A stretch of DNA of 64,000 nucleotides from Camelus ferus (Eukaryota), in contig NC_045698.1 in assembly GCF_009834535.1 (NCBI RefSeq), forward strand, positions 5,892,001 to 5,956,000, in the 5' to 3' direction. Both the position numbers and the translations under genes were made by a program. This document shows positions 53,434 through 64,000 of this stretch, in pieces; the first letter of the stretch is position 1; each line of letters starts with the position of its first letter. Below the pieces are notes generated by a model, which was given only the letters and a program-made list of their open reading frames with translations, was not told the DNA's origin and did no database searches.

Positions 53434-54442
53434 AGAACAAGCATGTAATGGTCATATGTGCTTTGCTATATAAAAGGGTGAGATTTTTAAAATTTCTTTG
53501 AAATCTCTTCGCAGAGTGCCTGTGGTGTACGTCACATTCTTGCTGAATGCCAATTCAATAATAAAACTGTGTTCTTTCTCCATTACTTTTATGAAGAGGT
53601 CTTCTGGGTCAGGAAAAGATTTTGTTTTTGACTACCTTTCCCCAGCATCAACAATAATACTCTCCCATCACTCTCCTCCCAACCCCCCACATACAGTGCA
53701 CAATTCCTGCAGCAAGCTTGGGGAAGGAGGTGGGCAGGAGTCCAAGTCCTAGGTCTCTAAATACTGCAGGGATAACGTGCATTATCCTTTATGCTCACAT
53801 GACAGGGAAGGAGAGAGTGACAGGAGGTAAAAATGAGCATCCCACACTGAGAATATGCACACGTGACCGTGATTGAGCATGGAGATTTACCGGACATTAG
53901 TGGTGAGATTTGTTCCTTCTCTGGGACACCCAAAGGGAGCGTGGCTACCCAGTATCACAAAATATGAGTTAAATATGTTTGATTTTATATACCTCTTTTT
54001 CTTAAATTTGTTGACCTTTTTCTTCCATATAAATATAACACTCCCATCTTTTCTTAATAACAACAACAACAATAATAAAAGTAAAAGAGAAAACAGAGAA
54101 GCCCAAGTGCATTTTTTCCCAACAGTTATTTTGCCAAATGTGTCCCCTTTTGACATCTATTTCTTGTGGAATCCCAATGAGAGTATCCTGTGTACACCTA
54201 AGGAGAAGGGCTTTTCATGGTCTTTAAGTGGAAATGACAATATTCCCTGCTGATAATCTCGGTGTGTTGGGATGTGTGTAGCCAGGGTCTTTGTCTCACC
54301 AAGAATGAAACAGAGAAAAATCTTACCAGTCATTATTTTAGGAAGTGTTGGAAAAGCAAACACAGTCATTAAGCACAGTTTGTGACTATTTTTCTTTATT
54401 CTGTACATAATAGATGTGTTTTCTTTCTCTTTCTTTTCACAG

Positions 54443-54601
54443 AAGCCAATAGCCTTGATTGTTCCTCTTTTGGATTCAATTTCAAATAACCTGGGTCTGC
54501 ATTTAAACTTTTAAAGCCAGGCTTAATTATTAAAGCAGATGCTGACTGCTCTATGAGACTGTCAAATGGAAACTACTTAAGTTAAAACCGCTCACCCCAT
54601 G
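54443..54601 (+). other. Probable 5' UTR exon (159 nt) containing several upstream ATGs
   Basis: Strong acceptor ttctttctctttcttttcacag| and donor ATG|GTGAGC. Confidence 0.55.
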
Positions 54602-54706
54602 GTGAGCTCAGTTCCTCCAGAGATGAAAATTTCTGGAGCAATGTCTGGCACTAGTCACTAATGGGCACTGTTAAAATACTGAATGAAAATTGTGTATTTT
54701 TCTTAG

Positions 54707-54763
54707 GTTTAAGTTTCGCATATCATCAACTCACAGGAGGACTGTTCTGAAATGTGTGGTCAG
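54707..54763 (+). other. Probable exon (57 nt) ending in ATG TGT GGT CAG (possible start M-C-G-Q or another uORF)
   Basis: Acceptor tatttttcttag| and donor CAG|GTAGTG; ATG at 54752 follows an in-frame TAA. Confidence 0.5.
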
Positions 54764-55809
54764 GTAGTGACATTTACAATGAAACACTTTATCCAGAGAG
54801 TCCAATTATCTGTCATTTGGCTTTTAAAATACCATGATCATGTAGTGTGCATACTCCTCAAAGAAAAGGGCTGTTGGAATTCTTCTACCTTCACAAAGCC
54901 ATCTGGTCCTGATTTTCCCATAGAATTTCAGTAGAAAAAGAAGTCTGACTATTGCATGAAAACTGAGCAATGCTGCTTACACAAAATTTTGAGAGATGTT
55001 ATCAAAGGGCTTCTGTCCCTTAAAAACAACAGAAAATTGATTACATACCTGTTCCAGCTCAAACATAACTTCTCAGCAATGTTTCATGCGAATCTGTCCT
55101 TAAATCCTGACTTAGTGTTGTAATTTCACTTTGCAAGAAATTTATCAGAGATTATATCTGATAAAATGATGTGGTTTAATTTAAACCTTGTAATTACAAG
55201 TTTGAAAGAAGTTTTGTTGACAGGGTCTTGACTGTGTTCTGTTCTAATGAAAAGACAAGGGGATAAAATTCTGATACATCTGTTTCTATTTCCTCCAAGG
55301 GCCAGAGCTGGCATGGTGGAAACCCCGGGACATTTGAAGAGCAACGTGTCCCTGTGAATTCATTTGTCCATTCCACAGTAACTGGGAACTTGAGTCCCAT
55401 ATCTTTACCAGTCCAGGGGCTGGGGATACAGAATTGGCATGTGGATCTTTGACCTTGATATTCTAGTGAAGGACGGAGAAGCAGTGTGCTGTGGGATCCC
55501 AGCAGAAGAGCACATGGAGGGGCCACGCAGGGCCAGGGAGGGAAAACAGGTAATGAGAGGATACAGGGCACCTAGGCAAAGGGGAGTGGAGGTGGAGAGG
55601 CAGGGAGCTAGGCATTCTGCGAGAGGAACTGGCGCATACGTGACATTTCAAACCTCTGTCTCCAGACGATGAAGGTTTCTTGTGAATATGTTTATTAACT
55701 TCACTAATATACCTTCTTTACATTGATAATGAATAGAGATAATAATAGTTTTTAAATTTTATCATTTTAATGTACTATGTGTATAATATATATATATTAC
55801 ATACATATA

Positions 55810-56027
55810 CATATGTGATCCTTGGGTTACATGGGTCTGAAAGCACAGGTCCACTCACACATGCATTTTTTCCAATATACACGCACTACAGTACTGCACA
55901 GTCCTTGGTTGGCTGAATCTGCAATGCGGATCCACGGGTACTGAGGGCTGACTCTAAACTTATGTGCAGATTTTCAACTGTGCTGGGATCGGCGCCCCTA
56001 AGCCCTGTGTTGTGCAGGGGTCAACTG
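55810..56027. mobile_element. Tigger-derived (TcMar) MITE, Tigger2a/MER8-like
   Basis: Right TIR gtgttgtgcaggggtcaactg, degenerate left TIR; internal ggtccactcacacatgcatttttt and ggttggctgaatc. Confidence 0.8.
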
Positions 56028-57424
56028 CACTTTTAATCCTCACAGCCAATATTAGTGCAGTCAATTTACGTATGTGTTCTCGTGATGTACACAGAAACAT
56101 TACAAACACTGAACGGACACATTTCTTTTTGTATGAACCAGATGTAAGAAATGTTATTTATATATTTAAGAGAGTAGACAAAACTTTTTTTTTTTTGCCT
56201 TTTTGAAAAAAAACATATTTCTGAAGACCTACATAATTGGGCAAGATGAGTCATTTCATCTGGGGCCTTTTGACTCTTCCCAGCTCCATTTTATCACAAC
56301 CACCACTCTTTATTGAGCAGCGCGTCAAGCCAGACTTCAGTACAATGACACAGAGTAGGTCTCTGCATCTCACTTGTGCATCTCTGGCAGCACCAGGCCC
56401 TACTCTAGGCAATAGTTGGTGTCTGAACCCACATAGGGTGGGACTGTGCAGTGACAGCCAACCTTGGCTGCCCGTTTGAACCAGCTGAGGGTCTTTTAAT
56501 GTAGCATCTAAAGCAAGAGAAAAAAGCAAAACAGTGTTTTACTTTTTAAGAATGATATTCTGAGAGCAGAAATTTTGCAGTGTTCAGAAACTAATGAGCA
56601 AATTTAGCCTCAAGTTCACTATTTATCATTTCTGAGCTGTAGAATCTACTCTATTTCAGAAAACTGACAGATAGAGTGCTTGACTTATGATTTGCTTATA
56701 CCAAGACCGAAAAGAAACTTTTAAGACTGGAAATTAATAGCTCACATACTAACCTATGGGATATTGGATCAATGGAATTCAAAGTAAATTCACACTTGAG
56801 CTACAGAATCACATTGTACTAAACAAGATTTCAACATCTTGTTTAAAAATTTTTGTCTCCTGTCATTAGACTACATTTTAATAAGATGGCCTGAAGTGAT
56901 TTGGAAGCATAGAGATTTGTGAATAATTAAAACAAAAAAAAAAGCAAAATCTTGTTCTTTTCAAAGCTTATTATAACTACTTGTTCCTAATTGTTTAAAA
57001 TGAGATTGCCTTGGTCATGCCAACTCGAGTAAATTCGTTCATTCATTACTTCATTTCAAGAATAAAAGAAAAAAATCTGGAGGAGAATGCAACTACAGTT
57101 GAGCAGATTGCTTATTATGCTTTTAAGAAATGAAAAACAAGGTGTAATAAATAACTAACCATTAATAAATTCATGTTGTCTTTATTAAAATGAGATTTTC
57201 CCCCAAATGTTAGTTATATTTAATATTCTTACCCCTCAAGGTAAACAGTAATAGTTTGGTACATGTTCTTTCACACTTTCCCCTGTGCTCCTACAGATAC
57301 ATGCAAATATACATGGGCTTTTTATATGGGCTTTTGTTTCCTCTTTTACAAAAACAGAATCTGAATGAACATACTAATACTTTTATTCTTAGTATCATTA
57401 CATGCTATTGGTCTGTAATTTGCT

Positions 57425-58160
57425 TTCTTTGAAATCACCTTTACCAAGGTATAATTTATGTGCAGTCCCATTTTAAGTGTATATTTCAATGAGACTTGAT
57501 ATAAACTTATGCAATGATTCCTATAGTCAAAATATAGAATATTTTTATTATCTCAAAAAGTTCCTTTGTGCCCAAATCTCTCCCATTCCACAGCCTAACC
57601 CAGGCAAGCACTGATATGCTTTCTGTTACCATAGATTAGATTTGTCTTTTCTAGAGTTTCTTGTAAATGGAATTCTAAAATGCATATCCTTTTGTGTCTG
57701 AATTCTTTTGCTCAGCCTAATGTTTTTGAGATTCACCATGTTGCTGTGAATATCAGCAGTTCACTTCTTTTTATTGTTACGCATTATCACCTCATACGAC
57801 TATAACCACAGTCATTCATACACTCGCCTGGTGATAGACATTGAGGTTGGTTCTGGTTTTAAACTACTGTGAGTGCAGTGCAGCTGTTGTGAATATTCTG
57901 GTACAAGTCTTTGTGTGGCTGCACACATAGTTTTTTACTGGGTAAGTACCTAGGGGTGGATTGCCAGATTCTATGATAGGTGTGTAAGAAACCACCAAAG
58001 TGTTTTCCAAAGTATTTGTACCATTTTGCATTATAACCAGCAAGGAATGAGAGTTGTAGTTGCTCCATATCCTCACCAACACTTGGTATCAATATTGGGT
58101 TTTTGTTTTTGTTTTTGTTTTCAGTTTTTAGCCATCTTAATGAATCTGTAGTGGTAGCTC
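57425..58160 (-). mobile_element. Old L1 (L1M-type) 3' end
   Basis: ccaggcaagcactgatatgctttctgttaccatagattag...tgtaccattttgcattataaccagcaaggaatgagagtt. Confidence 0.85.
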
Positions 58161-58394
58161 TGAAATAAAATTTTATTTGAGTAACTATTTGAAATCAAAG
58201 GGAAGAAGAATGACTCTGATCGAGATGTTGGAAATGAATGTAGAATACTAATTTATTAATTCTGTGAAGGCTCTCCCTTTCTCTTGGAAATAACGATGCA
58301 GGAGGACCCAGTCGTTATAATCCTTTATGACCTCAAAACAATTTCCTCACCAGAGGTTGGATGACCAGTTCAGATTCAAGCACTAAAACAGTAT

Positions 58395-58720
58395 GTTTTA
58401 TTTCTTCAACTGGGGCTATAACAACTAGGATACAGTCAACTGCACACAACATCAGTGGCTTAACCCTAAGGACGCGTTGACTACCTAACCTGAAGCTGAA
58501 GGCATGTGGTCCTGTAGTTTTCCACAGTGGCAGGACTGTGATTGGTGGTCAGCATCCCCATGACTTTTTGGCTCCTCCCCCTCAGGATTCCAAAATGGCT
58601 GTCACAAGTCTAGCATCATTTCTCACGTGACCACCTCATGGTGGGAGGCAGCATGGTTGGGCAGTGAGAAATTCTCCTAGTGACTAGACTCTTGGTCCTT
58701 TCCAGAAGCCCCCAGCTGAC
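58395..58720 (-). mobile_element. Old MLT1-like LTR fragment
   Basis: acaacatcagtggcttaa...caaaatggctg...ccagaagcccccagctgacttcccc. Confidence 0.5.
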
Positions 58721-60504
58721 TTCCCCACAGTCCACATTAGAAGAGTTGGGCCTAGGGGCCACTCCAACAATGGGGGTGGGATGTGGGGCTCCCTGGCCTC
58801 AGTGGTTGGGGGCAGGCCAGGCAAGAGGAACTAGGAGGACCTGGTGGCAGCCATTTCTACAGTGGATGTTATGGAGACATTTGGAAGGAATTACATCCTA
58901 AGAGACACATCACTACGGTGTGAATGGAAACAGGAACTGGATTACCCGAACTGCTGAATGAAACATGCCTAATGAATCTTTCTTTCTGAGCTGCTCTGCC
59001 TCTTACAAGCATCTCTCCTCCTGTCAGTCACTCCTAATCCAAAGTGTAAAATCTTTCTCCTTTTTCACTGACTGATGATTTTGTCTATCTCCAACATTTC
59101 CTGGTTTCCTCCAATTGTTGTTGAAGAAACTTTTATATTATATGGATGAGGACTCAAGTAACAGGGACTCCATATCTGCTCACCTACCAGAGCACCCAGG
59201 AAAGGCTGCTGATGGCACAGCTCTGGGTTTGCAAACCCTTTGTAGCTGGATTGTTCAGCCCATCGTTTCAGAGGAGAAAACTTTCAAATTCCTCCCCTGT
59301 GAGGAGACTTAATTTAGCACCTTTACTTCTACCACCTTGTTTTAGGTCTTCATTACCTCTTCCCTAAATAATTGTTGTAACTTCTTAATTGATTGCCTCA
59401 CCCATCCTTCTTGTCTTCAAGTTAGAACTGCAAATTATATTGCAAAGGTCTACCAAAATAGTATGAGAACAATGACTATCAAACACCTTTAGTGGCCTCC
59501 CATGTCTACAAGATGAAATCAAATCTGGCTCTGATATTCTTTTGCACATTTTGGCTCTGATATGCAATTTCAGCCCATTCTCTCATCACCCTTCAGCCAA
59601 GCTGGTCTACTCACCATTTCCTGTCTATCACCTGTGATTGCCCATCTGTTCTTTCATTCATCTCATTTCTGTTTCTTAATTTTGGTTTTAGGAATACCCT
59701 ACTCCCTCTCTTTACAATTTGGGGGATGATTGATCAACATGAGATGCCTACTCTGCCAGCAGGTGGGATGTTAAGGATGTTGATCTCTGAAAAATGAACT
59801 TTGTAAGTTGGACATGGAAAAATGGCAGCTTCCCACTTGCAATGGGAAGGATTTTCCACACAGATATGGTGAATATTATTCCAGGAAACAGAATATGTTT
59901 TAATTTTTAATGTTCAAGATTAATGTAAGAAGCTGTTTAAACATTTGCCAGGGGCTAAGAAAAATAATTTAAAATAATTGATTCAAAAGCCTGCAGAGAC
60001 ATTTGTTTCAAGGCCAGATTCCCTGGCAGACGTCTGGCCACATCTCTGAGGCTGTGCACTGTCCTGAACACGTGGAGCCGATCATCACGGTCAGATGTGC
60101 TTTAAAGGTCAATAAAAACCTGCACCCAGAGGCCTGCTTCACCAGGCTGCTGTGGAGATTATTGCTGTTTTATCTTATTCCCATAGTTTTTCCCATAGTT
60201 ACCTGGCTGACTATGTTTTACCTACGCAGTGCAGTTCTTTAAAGAGTGAGATGTAGATGTATGGCTAAGATACAAGATTATTTTAAAAAGCAAAATGCAG
60301 AAGTGTGCAGAGTTTGATTTTTTTTAACTAACAGTTTTTGCATAAAATACTTTTTCTGGAAGGAGATATTAGAAACCTAGTAGTGGTTAATTTTATGAAG
60401 AGAATGAACTTGGAGCTTTTATTTTAATATATATATATATGACTGTTTGAACTTGTAATCATTAACACAGGTAACATTTTTATTAACACTAACATGGTTA
60501 CCTA

Positions 60505-61500
60505 ATATCTTCATCCAGGCATAGGTTATGCTGAAATAACCCCAACTTTTTAAGGGCTTCACATCAAAAATGTTTATTTTTTATTCTATGTGGATTGACA
60601 GCTCTTGGACCTCCTGGTGGAGGCTCTGCCACCTGGACCACATGGCGTTCTCATCCTAGGGGCAGAGGGAAAGAGACTGGATTGGAATCAGCACACCCAG
60701 CCAGGAAGCAGTAAGGAGACATGACACTCCTGCTGGCATTCTGTTGCCCAGTACTAGTTTCAAGACCCAATCCAACTGCAAAGGAGGCTGAGACTTATGA
60801 ATGTCCTTTAAATAATCCCCAACCTTAGAGACATTATTATGTTGGACATGTACGTATTGTTTCTGAGACTACTACAGATGGCATAAAAATGTTTCCCGGC
60901 AGCACCTCTGACAACTGGCATCTTGCTGTTACTACAATGTAACAGTTTCATGTGCTGTGTCCTATTTACCTATTTCAATGAGGATACTTCCATTTCTGGC
61001 GTGGCTCCTCATAGTTGCAATATGGCTGCCGCATCACTTAGCATCATGTCCTCAGGCAACTACATTAAAAGGTAGGAAGTGAAGATATTTTACTTACTAG
61101 TTTCTCTTTATCCGCATATTAATAAAGGTTAGGTTCAGCTGTATGCATCCAAACACTAAATTTCACAGTGGCTTAAACACACAAGATAAAATATTGTCAG
61201 GCTGATGGAGTCAGGGATATTCTTACACTTTTATGACTCTATCATAATCCCAGGCTTCTTGCATTGTTATGCTTTGCTATTCTTAGGGTTTGCCTTGCAT
61301 CATCCCATGGTGCATGGTGGTCACTGGAAACTCAGTAGTTACACCTGCTTCATGCAAGCAGGGAGAAGAAAATAAGCTAATAAAAAGAGACAAAGTTTTG
61401 CCCATGTTGTCTTTTGAAGAAGATTCCTAGGAGCATCCACTGACTCTTGCTCGCTTACCACTTTCCAGGACTCAGTGATGTCATACTACCTAATTGGGAG
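60505..61500 (-). mobile_element. Cluster of old MLT1-like LTR fragments
   Basis: aggttatgctg..ataacccc; gttgcaatatggctgccgca; aggttcagctgtatg...cagtggcttaaacac. Confidence 0.5.
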
Positions 61501-63689
61501 TACATTGGCAACATTGCAAAGTACCATGATGTTTTTGTAAGATGCTTAAAAATACTTTCATTTCCTATTTTCAAACATGAACCTGGCCTTTAATGAGAGA
61601 ATTGTTGGACTATTTGGTGAAGCGGATTCCAGAGTTTTGCCTTTGTGTTTCTGTGCAACTTCTGGTAATAATACTTACTAACAAATACTGGTTTTGAAAT
61701 AGAAATTCTAAAGGCTTTCAACAATGAAAAACATACAAGTAAACTTAAAAAATTTTAGCAAACATTAAGGATTATATATACCAAAGGCCATAAAAATGTT
61801 ACAAATAGAGGAAAATCTAAAATACCTTGTGGTTTGTAGTGTTACTTCACCTAAGGTAAAATCATGTCCTTTGTGTTTCTAGTCATATGAGCTGCTCTCA
61901 ATAATATCACATTAAAAATCCTCTGACCCACATGTAGCACTGAGACTGTAGTTTATGAAATACTTAATAGCAATAATAAGATTCACAGAAGATAGATTTA
62001 AACAAATTGCTTTGGTGTAACATCAAAGGAAATACTATGTAGAGCCAAAGTAATTAACTTCTGATTATCAAATTGCAGTAGCATCAAATGAATGTTTACT
62101 GAATGCTGTGGAGACAGCATCAATACACAGACAACGAACGCCAAGAGTGTAAAAGTTCCAGTACATTTACCTTATGTTTCCAGTAACCTCTATCTTTTTT
62201 TTTAACTTGCAATGTCAAGATGGTTAGAACCAGCCCTCCAAGATATGCCGAAGATACTTGCTTTTATCCCAAAGTTTGCACCTAATTACACAGAGGACTA
62301 AAGGTGGCAAAAAAAACCCCTAAAATCTGGCAAATGCTTGACATTATGTGCACATTATTTTTTTTTTAACTATTGAGCTTGATTAAACCCAGTGATTGAT
62401 TATCCCAGTGATCCTGGATCATGATGGTTATGCATTTCTAGTAGAATCAGGACAAATCTTTTTTTTTTCATGTATGCTTTAAAAACAAAATTATACAAAG
62501 CAGAATGATTTATCTTTTATAGCTAAAATGTCCACATTCTGTTTTATTCTCAATTGTGAGGGGAAAAAAAGGAAATTTCATGTGTATCATTCTTCCCAGA
62601 CGTTGCTTTTCCAGTGGTTTCCACTGGATAGAACATGGGCTTTTTGGAGGGCAATGGACTGTGATCATGGTCACCAACTGAACCTTGACCAACTGACAAT
62701 AATAATTAGTATCAGTTGGGATAAGCCAAGCTTAGTTTATCAAGAATTTACTGCCTAATCCCTGAGAGATGGAGCTAAACGAGCACAGGAGGAGTGAGAG
62801 AAGAAGGTCATCATTTTGAAACCCCTTATGAACAACAGTTAGGACACTGCCTGCCAGCAGTGGCTGCCGATAGCATCAGTGAGCAGCTGACCGTCCTCCG
62901 GGCGATGGGTACCCCAGGCAGACAGCACTGAAACACACTACTTAATTGTAGCATCACTGAAAATGGGATAGAGAGAAATTATTTATCTCCTGATAATGAT
63001 GCAACTGAGAAGCACTAATGGGACAGGATTTGGGGGATCATCACCACCTGACCCACATGGATTGAAAACAGGGCGTTTTCCTAAGGGAGCACCGGACATA
63101 CCCCCCAATCTATGTCTTTCCGAAAGCACATTTGGGTAGAAATTGGGAGGAGCTGCATGTTGTGTTGAACCGGAACAGCTCGTCCATGTTTCTGCTCTCT
63201 GGGTGACAGACATGTGCCACTTCCTTACCTGAGCATTCGCCTTCAGAGCAACACAGCCATGACGTAAGTGATGAAATTAAAGAGGGGCATAGGCAGGTAT
63301 AGACCCAACCAAGTTGGTATAAGTTTCGAGAGAATGCAAATGCTGAACATCTGCAATTGAAATTGACAGACAATAAAGCTTTATTCAGCAAAAGAATCTA
63401 ATTTTAAAATATGCCTATTTTACATGTAAACCAGTCAAGGGATAGAGACAGAGACTGAGAGAAGGTTCTCGTGGTTGTAAGGAGCTGGGTCTCCCTTGGA
63501 TTACTTACAGCAGAGGAGGGGATTAGGAGATATGGCGGCGGGGGTGGTCAGTGGAGGTGGCAGTAACCCTAAGGACATACGAGGAATTAAGAAATGACCT
63601 CATGCCAAGACCTCTTGGAAACTCACAAAGTTGCACAAACAGTTTCTCTGACACAGTGATCAGCTGTTCAGACAGGCTGCAAAGCACTG

Positions 63690-64000
63690 AGGAATGTGGT
63701 TCAGTGCATCACAACCACTTCAGTTTCTTCCTAAAACCCACCAGGGACTCCCCATTCCACTCAGAATGAAGGGCACATGTTCTGTGGTCTGTCTCTCAGG
63801 CCTCATCTCAACCCACTGGCTCCCTCTTCACTCTGCAGTGGCCACCGAGAGCTTCCTGCGGGCTTGTCAGTCCCACCCGGGCTCCTGCGCCTGCTGATCC
63901 TTCCGCCTGGGAGACCCTTCTCCCAAGTCACCATTCTCTGGCCTCACACTCACTCCCCATTTCATAGGTCCCCCTTCCTGGAGAGGACCATCTTGCCGAG
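63690..64000 (+). mobile_element. L2 LINE fragment
   Basis: ctaaaaccc...gactccccattccactcagaatgaa...ccttccgcctgggagacccttc...ccttcctggagagg. Confidence 0.6.

Larger units (their letters stand above)
45876..53647 (+). mobile_element. ERV1-type LTR (MER34/MER39/LTR29-like group) split into 45876-46350 and 53438-53647 by a provirus
   Basis: TG...CA ends with perfect TCAA TSD (45872-45875 and 53648-53651); TATATAAAAG at 53467 and AATAAA at 53560 in the right half. Confidence 0.82.

Noticed and set aside
1..64000. CRISPR arrays, tRNA/rRNA genes, prokaryotic-type systems
   Set aside because: None seen; the sequence is mammalian, with no regularly spaced repeats or structural RNA gene signatures

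Overview
AT-rich mammalian genomic DNA, heavily filled with old repeats (L1, L2, MIR, MLT1/MLT2, MER21/MER34/MER67-like LTRs, an ERV-L pro-pol relic, a Tigger MITE). An artiodactyl-type L1 3' end and an ALTR2-like LTR, with no Alu, Bov, CHR or PRE SINEs, suggest a cetartiodactyl, possibly a camelid (inference). A CpG-island promoter at ~31.5-32.5 kb has two CCAAT boxes and an E-box. It appears to drive a + strand spliced transcript with exons at ~31.94-32.04, 44.45, 54.44 and 54.71 kb, mostly non-coding and uORF-rich, and possibly a divergent - strand transcript. I could not name the gene and found no confidently identifiable protein-coding CDS. The clearest structure is a three-level nested insertion at 45.9-53.6 kb: an LTR interrupted by a 7 kb two-LTR ERV1 provirus, itself interrupted by an L1 3' end, each with a readable target-site duplication (TSD). 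Repeat family names come from recall of consensus sequences, not from a search. I see no convincing evidence of a wholly new biological system; the findings below are testable hypotheses.
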